Below, one piece after another: positions 22,331 to 32,753 of a stretch of DNA of 64,000 nt. Positions within the stretch are counted from its first letter, which is position 1; every line of letters starts with the position of its first letter. The DNA lies in contig CP067995.1 of the NCBI GenBank assembly GCA_045159875.1, forward strand, positions 2,784,001-2,848,000. The letters are read 5' to 3'. The position numbers and the translations under genes were made by a program. The notes below the pieces were generated by a model. The model did no database searches and was not told where the DNA came from. It was given only the letters and a program-made list of their open reading frames with translations. The DNA is from a cyanobacterium endosymbiont of Rhopalodia gibba (lineage in GTDB: Bacteria; Cyanobacteriota; Cyanobacteriia; Cyanobacteriales; Microcystaceae).

Positions 22331-23080
22331 CACAGATTTTCTTGATTTTATATTTTCAAGGTTAAGATTTATTTTTTTGATTAAATAGTTTAAATTTCTC
22401 TGAATTTCTGAGAGTTTTACAATGATTTTTGAAGTTTTTCTAAAAAATTTAACTTCACTCTAGGGGAGAGTTAATATAGCCACAAAGAGGTTTATAATCC
22501 CTGGATAGTGGATATTATAAAAATATATAATATTTTTTTGTATAATAATTATTTCTTCCGGAAAAGATAAAAGCCTTATATGCCTTATATATTTTTGAAT
22601 ATTAACAATATCACTTCGTTCTTATAACATGCAGTCTTTTGACTAGTTAATTAAATATTGAAGTTAATTATTGGACTGTTAAATTGTCTTGATTATATTC
22701 AACATATAGATATTCTTTTGATTGATTATTTTTTCTATTTCTAATAACCTTATTATTTTTTTTAAAATTTTAAAAACTAAGTTTATACTGATTATTTTTA
22801 TCTTTAAATAAATTTAACCAAGTAAATATTTAACAATAAAATTAATAATTTACCAAGGTCAATCTTAACTAGTACTATAATTTGATGATTTAGTCTCTGC
22901 CGAATTTAAAATAGCAAAAAAATTTAAACCTATAACTTAACCTTATTTGACTTAGCAATAATTTTAAGAATGAGTAAATTATTAAAAGTTCGCATAACTT
23001 CCCAATCAGGTTTTCGCAATGTTAGTGTTAATGATGTTATATAACAAGTTCGATAGAACCAAAATTTACCTTCCTTAACT

Positions 23081-25006
23081 CTAAGATCTTGATGCTAATT
23101 TGTCTAGAGAGTCATAAAAATCCTCAAAAAATTTTTTAAATCCTTGAGGATCTTTCCTACTTACGTAAGGAACTTTAATTAAAGTAGTTTTTTTCAAATT
23201 AATATCTAGGTAGTTTTCATATTGTTCCTGATTGACTCTTTGCATAATGACTGTTTTATCCGCCAATGATAAAACTATTTTATTATTTTGATCATAATAT
23301 TTAACTTGATATCCTTCCAGTTCAAGGTAAAAAGTAGTAAATGTCCAAATCCAAACTTCTGTCGCGAAACTATCAGATTTATCTAAATAAATGACAGCGA
23401 CATTTTTATCTATTTGTTGAATGACTTGTGCCATTTTGCGAGAAAACTTAATAGGTCTATGATAACTATTTATTTGTGCTTTTCTTACTTCATTATATCC
23501 TTTTAAATATCCTCCAGTAACTCTAATTCCGTCATGAGTATATATATAATTTGGATTAGCTGTAATTTCTATAAAAGGAATTCTAGGAACCCACTGTATG
23601 GCAACTATTTGAAGAAAGAAACTTAAAATAATAAAACTAAAGACTAAAGAATGAAACTTATTTTTATCTAGCTTAGATTCTATTCTTAAAGCGATTGAAG
23701 CGCAGAAAAAAGGTAAAAAAATAATCCCAGGTATTAAATATTTAGGACTAGTTAAACTTGACATAGAATAAAATAAAGGTAGAACACATAAAATAAGTAA
23801 AACTAGCTTCCGGTCTTTATTTTTTATTTTTGTAAAAGTAAGACCAATTAAGCTGATTATTAAAAAAATCCATATTACTAAATTGGTGATACTAAATAAG
23901 TTAGCTAACGATTGTCGAATTGTCCAAGTGTTAACTCCTTCATGATGACTGGTAGTAATATAAATAATCTTTGTTAGGTTAAAAATATCAGTAGCAGAGA
24001 AAAATACAAATAAACTAAAACTAGTTAAAATATAAATAAAATAAAATTTTAATCTTTGTTCTATTTTAGATTCTAACGAGTTATTAAATAATATTAAATA
24101 CCATAACAATGGCAGAGAAAGTAAAAAATCAAGTCTAAAAAATACTGCTAAAGTTGAGGTTATACCAATTGCAAAATAGCGAAAATTATCCCATGTTTCT
24201 TTGTCTTTAATAGGACTTTTTGTCCAAAATAAAAGTAAGATAGTTATGGACATAGGAAACATCGCAAAAACAGTCGAATTATAGTACAAGCTACAAAATA
24301 TAATTTCTGGAAAAATAATCAAAAAGCAAAAACATAGAATTAAATTTAGACGTCTCCTGGAGAAGGTATAAATAGCTATTAATAGGATAGAAATATTGGC
24401 TGCACCAATTATTTGAGGAATAAAAAAAAGCAATCTTGGATGGTTAAGCCAAGAATTAAACCAAAGATTTAGTTGATAGGTTAAAGGCTGCCAGTAATAG
24501 CGATACACTAAGTTCTTGCCTTTATGAGAAAAGTTTATAATCCCATCAAGCTGCTCAATATCATCTCCTTCCCAACCGACGCGATCACCAAAAAATAAAA
24601 GGAATAATAAACTTATAACATAAAAAATAATAATTCCTAAGAAAGGATAAGTTTTTGACAACCATTTCTTACTTTTTAAAAAATTACTAGCAAGGAATAA
24701 TAAAGGAAATATTTTTTTTATAAGTTGAAAACTTTGGACTAAAAGTAAGCTCAGATAATACCCACTTCCAGCAATTAGAAGAAATCGTATTGTTCTTAAA
24801 AGAGAAGGATGAATATAATTAAGCTGTCCAATTATTCCTAGTATTAAGCTTAGAGAAAGCGAACTCAAACTAATAAAAAAAAGCTTATTTTTTCTTAGGT
24901 TTAATAAACTATCAATATCTCTAAAAATGGAATGACCTTGATACACTAAAATTGTAAAAATTAATAATATTATCCCAAAAATTAAACTGGCTATAGGAAT
25001 TAACAT
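23081..25006 (-). CDS. Polytopic membrane protein, putative GT-C glycosyltransferase with N-terminal extension
   Basis: >10 hydrophobic helices; acidic loop WEGDD followed by YYWQPL; FFRLD. Confidence 0.6.
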   Translation of the reverse strand: MLIPIASLIFGIILLIFTILVYQGHSIFRDIDSLLNLRKNKLFFISLSSLSLSLILGIIGQLNYIHPSLLRTIRFLLIAGSGYYLSLLLVQSFQLIKKIFPLLFLASNFLKSKKWLSKTYPFLGIIIFYVISLLFLLFFGDRVGWEGDDIEQLDGIINFSHKGKNLVYRYYWQPLTYQLNLWFNSWLNHPRLLFFIPQIIGAANISILLIAIYTFSRRRLNLILCFCFLIIFPEIIFCSLYYNSTVFAMFPMSITILLLFWTKSPIKDKETWDNFRYFAIGITSTLAVFFRLDFLLSLPLLWYLILFNNSLESKIEQRLKFYFIYILTSFSLFVFFSATDIFNLTKIIYITTSHHEGVNTWTIRQSLANLFSITNLVIWIFLIISLIGLTFTKIKNKDRKLVLLILCVLPLFYSMSSLTSPKYLIPGIIFLPFFCASIALRIESKLDKNKFHSLVFSFIILSFFLQIVAIQWVPRIPFIEITANPNYIYTHDGIRVTGGYLKGYNEVRKAQINSYHRPIKFSRKMAQVIQQIDKNVAVIYLDKSDSFATEVWIWTFTTFYLELEGYQVKYYDQNNKIVLSLADKTVIMQRVNQEQYENYLDINLKKTTLIKVPYVSRKDPQGFKKFFEDFYDSLDKLASRS

Positions 25007-25040
25007 AATCTATAAAAGAACTAATAAGAGTCATCAATAC

Positions 25041-26423
25041 TTAATTGTTTGGCTTAACAGACTGTATTTGTTCTCCGACAAAATATCCAATTTTTCGACC
25101 TTCACGAATTGCATAATTAGTTCCTCTATCTTCAGGATAGATTTGGGACATTGTACAAATATAGAAGTTTTTTAAGGGAGTTGTTACCTCAGGAATCAAT
25201 TGACTATAGTGATTTGAAACAATGGGTTGCGAGTATCGTGCTTTCCAGAGATGATAGTCAATAATCCAGTCACGACTGAATTCAGGAAACATTTTTATTA
25301 AATAAGGAATTGAGTAATTTAAAGCTTCTTCATCATTTATCTGATAAAGGTCTTCTGTCTCCAGCAAATATTTAGATAAATAGATAATATGTCGTCCGCC
25401 ATAGGTTTCTTGAGATTCAAAGTTAGTATGTTCAATTACTCCCACAAAAGGGAAATTAGGGTCATTAACATTAAGCCAATAGGTTTTAGATAAACTGCGA
25501 TTTAATTCTAAAACCAAACAGACATTAGCTAAATATTGAACTTGTCGAAGTCGGTCAACATATTCAGAACTAACGTGAGGAGCAACCAAATCAGCAATAA
25601 TCGGTAAAGCAGGCGTCGCAATCACTGCATCGGCATTAATGAGTCCTTGTGAGGTTTGAATGTCCACTACGTGGTCGCCTTTTACTATTAATCCTTCCAC
25701 AGTTATATTAGTCTTTACTTCACCACCGCCGAGAGAAATTTCAGTCTCTAAACGTTCAGCTAAAGCCGCAAATCCTCCGCGATAATAAGCCAACATTTCT
25801 TTACCATCTTTATTGCGACTTCCTCCTCGTAACTTAACTTTATTCCAAAACCAAACTGCAGAGATACTCTCAGCAAACATGCCAAATTTTCCTCTTAGCA
25901 AAGGTTCCCAAATTATCTGATAAACTTGTTTACCACAAATTTTTAATAACCATTCCTGAGCATTAATTAATTCTAATTTTTTCCAATTTTTAATGCGACG
26001 TACCCAGAGAATAAAAAGTCCTAAACGAATTCGATTAAATAAGTGTAAAGGCTTAAATGTTAATAAGTCCAAAGGAGAACTAAGGTTAAAAAAATTGTTG
26101 GCGTAGTAGATTCCTGTGCGAGTGGTTCGATAAATAACTTGATCTTCAACATTTAGTTCTTTCACTAATTCCATTATATATTTATCATTAGTAAACCAAT
26201 GGTGGTAGAACTTCTCTATTTTTTCTCCATTGACTTCAAAACTTCCTGCTAACCCGCCTACTTCTTCCTCTTTTTCCAGAACAGTTACTCTATATCCTTG
26301 AAGAGTTAATTGGTAAGCGGCCGTTAATCCAGTAAATCCTCCACCAATAATAACAATATGAGAAGTAATTTTATTATGATTGCTTGGGAAATGGTGATGG
26401 TCAATAGATGAGTTGTCTAACAT
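25041..26423 (-). CDS. FAD-dependent oxidoreductase (HemY/amine-oxidase/Glf-like superfamily)
   Basis: IIGGGFTGLTAA..EKEEEVGGL dinucleotide fold; FYHHWF; QIYPEDRGTNYA. Confidence 0.85.
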   Translation of the reverse strand: MLDNSSIDHHHFPSNHNKITSHIVIIGGGFTGLTAAYQLTLQGYRVTVLEKEEEVGGLAGSFEVNGEKIEKFYHHWFTNDKYIMELVKELNVEDQVIYRTTRTGIYYANNFFNLSSPLDLLTFKPLHLFNRIRLGLFILWVRRIKNWKKLELINAQEWLLKICGKQVYQIIWEPLLRGKFGMFAESISAVWFWNKVKLRGGSRNKDGKEMLAYYRGGFAALAERLETEISLGGGEVKTNITVEGLIVKGDHVVDIQTSQGLINADAVIATPALPIIADLVAPHVSSEYVDRLRQVQYLANVCLVLELNRSLSKTYWLNVNDPNFPFVGVIEHTNFESQETYGGRHIIYLSKYLLETEDLYQINDEEALNYSIPYLIKMFPEFSRDWIIDYHLWKARYSQPIVSNHYSQLIPEVTTPLKNFYICTMSQIYPEDRGTNYAIREGRKIGYFVGEQIQSVKPNN

Positions 26424-26699
26424 AAAAAAAATTATAAAAGTTCATGAATGAGTTATTTAGTTAATTCTCATATAGTTAGTGTCTCTCAGTTTTATGAGAT
26501 ACACTTCAATTGTATGTTTTTTTCTGTTCTCTAACACTAGAAAGTAATGTACCTTGCGAACGGGAGAACTGTCATATAGGACTTAAACTTGAAATACAAA
26601 TAGTGACACGAACTGGAACTCTGTTACAACAAGATAGTCATAGCTTTTCCAACAGAATGTTTATTCAACTTCTAATGTTAACTACATTAAAGACACTTA

Positions 26700-27656
26700 C
26701 TATTGGAAGTTTTTATGATTCGGTAATTCTTTTTGAAAACCTAATCGTTCTCGAACTAAGTATAAAGGACGTTGTTTATTTTCTCGATAAATACGACCAA
26801 TATATTCACCAATCACTCCTAAGAAGACTAATTGAATTCCTCCAATAAATAACACAGAGATAAAAAGCAATGTCCACCCTGGAACCCAAATTGAGGTAAA
26901 CAAACGAAGAACTAAAGCATAAATGATACCAATTAAAGAGAATCCAAAGGTAAAAATACCAGTCCAAATAGCCATTCTTAAAGGAATTAAGGAGAAAGAA
27001 AGAATACCATCAGTAGCAAAACGGATCATTTTCCACAGAGAATACTTACTTACACCCGCTAGTCGAGGGGATCTTTGGTAAGGAATGGCAATTTGTCGAA
27101 AACCAACCCAACTAACCATTCCTCTCAAAAAGCGATCACGTTCGGGCATTATTTTCAAGGCTTCAACTACTTGGCGATCCATTAAACGAAAATCTCCAGT
27201 ATCAAGAGGAATTTCAACATCGGATAGATAATTAATTAGTCGATAGAAGACTTTCGCAGTCCAACGTTTAAAGACAGTTTCTCCTGTTCTTTCCGTTCGA
27301 ACTCCATAGGCGACATGATACCCTTGACGCCATTGGTAGACCATTTCTTCAATCACTTCGGGAGGATCTTGTAAATCTGCATCAATTAAGACAATAGCAT
27401 CTCCAGCTGCATGCTCTAAACCCGCAGTTACAGCCATTTGGTGTCCAAAATTGCGTGATAACAGAATGGCGTGGACTCTTGGATCAGCTTGTTGTAATTG
27501 ACGCAGCAAATGGGGAGTTTGATCATGACTACCATCATCAACATAAATTAGTTCAAATTGGGGAGTCAGATGTTCAATAACACTTACTAAGCGATGATTA
27601 GTTTCGTTGATGACTTCCTCTTCGTTATAGCAAGGAATAATTACTGAAATAAACAA
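26700..27656 (-). CDS. GT2 polyprenyl-phosphate glycosyltransferase (GtrB/YkoT/ArnC-like)
   Basis: IIPCYNEE, VDDGSHD, LSRNFGHQ, DADLQDPP, GDFRLMD, RFLRG, two C-terminal TMs, GEYIGRIY; TTG start 7-8 nt after AAGGAGG. Confidence 0.93.
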   Translation of the reverse strand: MFISVIIPCYNEEEVINETNHRLVSVIEHLTPQFELIYVDDGSHDQTPHLLRQLQQADPRVHAILLSRNFGHQMAVTAGLEHAAGDAIVLIDADLQDPPEVIEEMVYQWRQGYHVAYGVRTERTGETVFKRWTAKVFYRLINYLSDVEIPLDTGDFRLMDRQVVEALKIMPERDRFLRGMVSWVGFRQIAIPYQRSPRLAGVSKYSLWKMIRFATDGILSFSLIPLRMAIWTGIFTFGFSLIGIIYALVLRLFTSIWVPGWTLLFISVLFIGGIQLVFLGVIGEYIGRIYRENKQRPLYLVRERLGFQKELPNHKNFQ

Positions 27657-27979
27657 ATCTAGTTCCTCCTTGAGGTGATAGATAAGGCGTTTTATTTTAA
27701 ACAAAAAGCTTCAACTCTCAACAATCCTGATTTTCCACTTCTAATGTTTTCATCAATATCAAGACAACTTTTTTAGTTAGCTAAACTTAATTAAGTCTTT
27801 TTCCAAAAAAACCGGATGGGGTCAGCAAACTGACCTGCCATTCTACTCTAAGTTGGCTTAATTGACGAGCCATTCAGCCTTAATATACAAAATAGTCCAG
27901 GCAATGAGCAACACTAGCTTGTATTTTATGATTGTTTTTGAGACCCTAGCTAAATCATTACTTTCATCTTATTACTTTT

Positions 27980-29776
27980 ATGAATTTTAAAGAAATAAAC
28001 TTATATACTTTACCCAACAAACTAATTTTTATAACCTTAGTATTAATATATTTTATATTAGGAATTTATCTAATTAGTCAAACTTCTATTACGTCTGACG
28101 AGCCTGCTTATATTGGAGCAGCTTATGCTTATACTCAAGGATTAGGTTTGAATCAAGAACATCCTCTTTTTTTTAAATTAGTTACTTCTTCAATTATTAA
28201 ACTATTTTTTTCGGATTATCATATAACAGTTCCTTCTATAAATATTATTAGTGGCGAAGAAAATATGGAAGTCCGTCTAGCTGCTTTTAATCTTGGTTAT
28301 AGTTTCTTACTAGAACGTCCAGAAAATTTTAAACAACTTATTTTTATCTTAAGATTTTGTTATTTATTTATCAATAGCATATTTTTAATTTGGATATATT
28401 TTTTTACTTTTTATTTTCCACAAATACCTACTATTGTTTCTAATTCGTTGGGAATATTATATGTATTTTCTCCTAGCTTTTATAGTCATAATTTTTTAAT
28501 ATCTTTTGATGTTTCTGTTAGTATTTATGCCTTGTTATCTATCTGGACAATGATTATTGCAATTCGTCAATTAGAACAATTTAAAAAAATTGAATTAATC
28601 ATTTATTTTTGTGTTCTAAACCTTGTTTTTTTTCTTGCAATTAATGCTAAATTTAGCAATCTTATTTTAGTTCCGATCATTCTATCTGCTTACTCAATCA
28701 GTTTAATCTATCTTTTGAGAAAAAATCTTAAAAATTTAGCTATTAAATTTGGTATTTTGGGGTTTATTAGTTTGTTGATACAGCCGATATTAATTATTTT
28801 TATGTACCGCTATGCTTTTCGCAATTTGCCTAATCAATCAATTATTGATAATATACAGCGTTATATACAGGGTATTCAAATGAATTTGAGTACAGTAGGG
28901 GGAATTCGCAAACCTTTTTGGTACGAAGATTTTATCTCTATAAATTCCTTAGAATATCTAAATAAAATATTTTGGTTCAAAGAAAATCCTGCTCTTTTTA
29001 TTATCACTATATTGATTGTTATTATCCTGATTAGCCAAATAATAATCGAGCGTGTTGATGTTAAATATTTTTTCCAAAAATTAGTAAATCTAAGAAAGAA
29101 TAGATGGCAGCTATATTTATTTTTTTTAGGTTCCTCTTATCCGTTAATTTATTTAAAATTAACCTATAACAGTCGCTTTATTATTGGCTACCGATATTTT
29201 TATCCTTTGATTATTTTTATTTATTTTAGCATTGCTTATCTGACAGTTCTTCTTAAGAAGAAATGGCAAAAATATTTTTTAATAGGTAGTTTAAGTCTGT
29301 ATATTTATTTTGGATTATTAGGAATCCCTCAATCTTTGAGTTATGTTAATCCTCTATGGACTTTAGAAAAATGGCGCTTAGCAGACGATTCAACTATTAA
29401 TTGGGGACAAGAAACCCAGCATGCTGTTAAATATCTACTGAACAATTACCTTTTACCAGAGAAAAATATTGATACTATTGTCTATAAAACTTTCGGGGTT
29501 AACATCAACTTTGTCCAGTATTTATATTTATTAAGCCAAGAAAAAAAATACGCAATTGACATTCAATCTTATTACAGTTATGATTATTTTGATCCAGAAA
29601 CTACAGATATTGCCCAATTAAATGTAAAATATTTATTAATTGATAGTACGGTTAAACAACAAATTATTTCCCAAATTTTCCATAATCCTCTGGCAGCAAA
29701 AAACTGGAGATTTTTAGCTAATCACATCCCTATTTACTCACGAAACGACATAATTTTTATTTACCAACTCAGATAA
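27980..29776 (+). CDS. GT-C (ArnT/PMT-like) membrane glycosyltransferase
   Basis: ITSDEPAY and NQEHPL after TM1; AKFS, RYFYPL, DSTINWGQ; many TMs. Confidence 0.8.
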   Translation: MNFKEINLYTLPNKLIFITLVLIYFILGIYLISQTSITSDEPAYIGAAYAYTQGLGLNQEHPLFFKLVTSSIIKLFFSDYHITVPSINIISGEENMEVRLAAFNLGYSFLLERPENFKQLIFILRFCYLFINSIFLIWIYFFTFYFPQIPTIVSNSLGILYVFSPSFYSHNFLISFDVSVSIYALLSIWTMIIAIRQLEQFKKIELIIYFCVLNLVFFLAINAKFSNLILVPIILSAYSISLIYLLRKNLKNLAIKFGILGFISLLIQPILIIFMYRYAFRNLPNQSIIDNIQRYIQGIQMNLSTVGGIRKPFWYEDFISINSLEYLNKIFWFKENPALFIITILIVIILISQIIIERVDVKYFFQKLVNLRKNRWQLYLFFLGSSYPLIYLKLTYNSRFIIGYRYFYPLIIFIYFSIAYLTVLLKKKWQKYFLIGSLSLYIYFGLLGIPQSLSYVNPLWTLEKWRLADDSTINWGQETQHAVKYLLNNYLLPEKNIDTIVYKTFGVNINFVQYLYLLSQEKKYAIDIQSYYSYDYFDPETTDIAQLNVKYLLIDSTVKQQIISQIFHNPLAAKNWRFLANHIPIYSRNDIIFIYQLR

Positions 29777-29779
29777 CAA

Positions 29780-31996
29780 ATGACTCTTAAATTAAATTTA
29801 CGAATATTGCGATTTATGTCGTTAACTAAATTGTGGGTTACTCGTTATCGTAAGAATTTATTAGTAATTTTTCTTTATAGCATGATTGCTATTGGTTTAA
29901 TGGGACCGATGGCTTCAGATTCTATTATTTTTTCTACAGGAGAGACTCAAGCTCATTTAGCCTACCTTATCCAAGGAAGAATGGCTTTAGAAGAGGGGCA
30001 ATTCCCTTTGCGAATTGCCCCCTATGAAAACAATGGTTTACGTTATGCCAGCTTTCAATTCTATAGTCAGATTCCGTATACATTAGGGGGATTAATTTAT
30101 AAATTTATTACCCCTAACAATCCCTATACAGCATATAAAATTATGCTATGGGGAGCCTTATTTATTGGGGGACTATTTATCTACCGTCTTAGTAGTTGGT
30201 TAACTAATAATCGAATCGCTGCTATTTTAGCCGGAGTATCTTATATGTCAGCCCCATATTTTCTCAATACGGTTCATGCTCGTGGGGCATTTCCTGAAGC
30301 AATCGCCCAAGGGATTTTACCTGTTGTTTTATATTACATCATTCGTACTTATAATAGTCCCAAAATTCATTATATTTTGCTCAGTAGCATAGCCTGGTTT
30401 GCTCTAGCAACAACTCATATTATCACTTTTATTTATGGATCTTTATTTTTTGGTATTTTTGGACTTTTACTTGTTCTAAAACAACCAAAAACCCGTACTT
30501 TAGGAAAACAGTTAGCCCGAGTCACCATAAGTCATATTTTAGGTTGGCTTCTGGGGATGTATTTTCTCATGCCTGTTGTCTTGGAATCGAAGTACGTTAG
30601 TATGCGATTTTATGTCGATCAAATTAGTCCTTATGTCACAAATTGGATGACTCCCTTAGCTAACTTACTTTCTCCTATTGCTCTCCCCCCCACCCCCACA
30701 GGAGAAGGAATTACTTATGGGTTAACCCCTGCCGTCGGATTGGTTTTTCTCGCTGCTTGGGGAGTTGTTCTTTATTACTATTCTTCCTCAAAAACTTTAC
30801 CTTCTGGTTTGAGTGCCAATCGTATCTATATTTTTGCGCTCCTTTATATTTTTCCCTTGGCTTTATTTATTACCTGGAGTCCCATAAATTTTTGGCATTT
30901 ATTACCAAGATCATTGTGGGTGACACAATTTACTTTTCGTTTTCTAACCCATGTTATGTGGAGTGGGGCATTATTAATAGGGTATGCCTCTATTTTGCTA
31001 TTTAAACGCCATTTAAATAGCCGTCATTTATTAATAGGGATTTTATTAATTGTCATAGCCAATCGTTCTTGGTTACCGATTCCTAAAGGACATATCACCG
31101 TCAACGAAGTACTTGAAGATCCTAAATTTGGTTATTCAGGGGCCGTTGATTATCTAAATCGTAGTTCGGTAGATACCCTATATGGCAATGCTCAATTGCC
31201 TTTATTGTCCAATACTTGGATTCCGGGTCATGGAAGTTGGGATCATATTAATAATAGACTATTGCCAGTGGTCTTAGAAAATGAACCCAGTTGGCGGATT
31301 TTACCCATATGGAAAGAAACAGATAACCCTGTCCTCATTTTAGAAGGAAAGGTGGTTCAAGATACTGTACCTAATCCAACCACTTTATTGGTGACGGTAT
31401 TAGAGCTACATTCGGACGAAAATAAAGAAATTATTGGCAAAATATCTTTGAATCAACCTAGGATAAGTGCGCGAATTCCTTTCACTTCAGAGAAGCTAAA
31501 GAATTTAGAATTTCATGAAGGACTATTCCGTCTTCAGTTCATTGTTCAAGGAAATATTGAACAAGGTCAACGCCCTAAAATTGAATTAGATAATTTTGTT
31601 TTTGAAGGAATGTCTTTTGAAGATACTATTATTCCTCTTGATGTAACCAGAGATCAATGTATATCACGAGGAATTGAAACCCTTTGCGAACTATCTGCAG
31701 AAGAACAGGCGCTAGTAGTTCAACTTCCAGCGATGTACTATCCTAGAATGCAACGGGTAAAAGTTGATGGAAGACTGGTAGAATATTTTCCCGTCAACTA
31801 CTATGACTATAATCTAGTCGGTCTGCGCCTGAAACCTGGCAACCATAATATTCAAGTTATCTTTGTTGGATTGGACTGGGCTAACTCAATTAGTTTTGTT
31901 GCTTGGCTTAGTGTTATTGTAATTGCGATAACTTTGAACAGAAGCAATATCAAGAAAATGTCTAATAAAATATCACAAAGTCAAGTAATGAAGTAA
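29780..31996 (+). CDS. PTPS-related/YfhO-like GT-C membrane protein (paralog 1)
   Basis: GQFPLR, FQFY, APYF..VHARGAFPE, ATTH, QFTFRF; C-terminal YYP..V.VDG..G.H.I motif plus terminal TM. Confidence 0.8.
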   Translation: MTLKLNLRILRFMSLTKLWVTRYRKNLLVIFLYSMIAIGLMGPMASDSIIFSTGETQAHLAYLIQGRMALEEGQFPLRIAPYENNGLRYASFQFYSQIPYTLGGLIYKFITPNNPYTAYKIMLWGALFIGGLFIYRLSSWLTNNRIAAILAGVSYMSAPYFLNTVHARGAFPEAIAQGILPVVLYYIIRTYNSPKIHYILLSSIAWFALATTHIITFIYGSLFFGIFGLLLVLKQPKTRTLGKQLARVTISHILGWLLGMYFLMPVVLESKYVSMRFYVDQISPYVTNWMTPLANLLSPIALPPTPTGEGITYGLTPAVGLVFLAAWGVVLYYYSSSKTLPSGLSANRIYIFALLYIFPLALFITWSPINFWHLLPRSLWVTQFTFRFLTHVMWSGALLIGYASILLFKRHLNSRHLLIGILLIVIANRSWLPIPKGHITVNEVLEDPKFGYSGAVDYLNRSSVDTLYGNAQLPLLSNTWIPGHGSWDHINNRLLPVVLENEPSWRILPIWKETDNPVLILEGKVVQDTVPNPTTLLVTVLELHSDENKEIIGKISLNQPRISARIPFTSEKLKNLEFHEGLFRLQFIVQGNIEQGQRPKIELDNFVFEGMSFEDTIIPLDVTRDQCISRGIETLCELSAEEQALVVQLPAMYYPRMQRVKVDGRLVEYFPVNYYDYNLVGLRLKPGNHNIQVIFVGLDWANSISFVAWLSVIVIAITLNRSNIKKMSNKISQSQVMK

Positions 31997-32009
31997 TTTT
32001 GGGAGTTAT

Positions 32010-32741
32010 ATGGGTGAATGTCTGCAAAATAATCGGTATCAGTATGTGGGATCAGAACTGGAAATTGCCCGTGAAGCAAAAAACTGGAAAACTTACTTTT
32101 GTAATCTAATTGAGCAGTATCTAGGCAATGAAGTTTTGGAAGTGGGTGCTGGGATGGGAGGAACAACTAAAGTTCTTTGCAAGACCTATCATAAACACTG
32201 GGTTTGTTTAGAACCAGATATTCAATTAGCATCTGCTATTCAAGATTTGATTTCTCAAGGAGAGTTGCCCAATTTTTGCTTAGTTAAAAATGGAACTTTA
32301 ATTGATCTGAAAGATTCGGACCAGTTTGATTCTCTAATCTATATAGATGTTTTAGAGCATATTAAGGATGATAAGAACGAGGTTTATTTGGCGACTAATT
32401 ACCTCAAAGAAGGAGGATATTTGATTATTCTTTGCCCAGCCCATCAATGGCTTTTTACTCCTTTCGATCTAGCTCTTGGCCATTACCGCCGCTATGATAA
32501 ACAAACTTTACTATCAATAATGCCTGACAATTTGGACTGTCAAAAACTAAACTACTTAGATTCTGTTGGAGTACTAGCTTCTTTAGGAAATCGCTTTTTT
32601 TTAAAAAGTTCTAATCCAACCTCCAAACAAATTAAATTCTGGGATACTTTGATGGTTCCTTTGTCTATCAAAATAGATCCTTTGATTAGCTATTCCTTAG
32701 GTAAATCAATTTTAGGTATTTGGAAAAAGATTAATAATTAA
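32010..32741 (+). CDS. Class I SAM-dependent methyltransferase
   Basis: VLEVGAGMG, DVLEHI, CPAHQWLF..FD...GHYRRY. Confidence 0.9.
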   Translation: MGECLQNNRYQYVGSELEIAREAKNWKTYFCNLIEQYLGNEVLEVGAGMGGTTKVLCKTYHKHWVCLEPDIQLASAIQDLISQGELPNFCLVKNGTLIDLKDSDQFDSLIYIDVLEHIKDDKNEVYLATNYLKEGGYLIILCPAHQWLFTPFDLALGHYRRYDKQTLLSIMPDNLDCQKLNYLDSVGVLASLGNRFFLKSSNPTSKQIKFWDTLMVPLSIKIDPLISYSLGKSILGIWKKINN

Positions 32742-32753
32742 GGATGATTTTTA

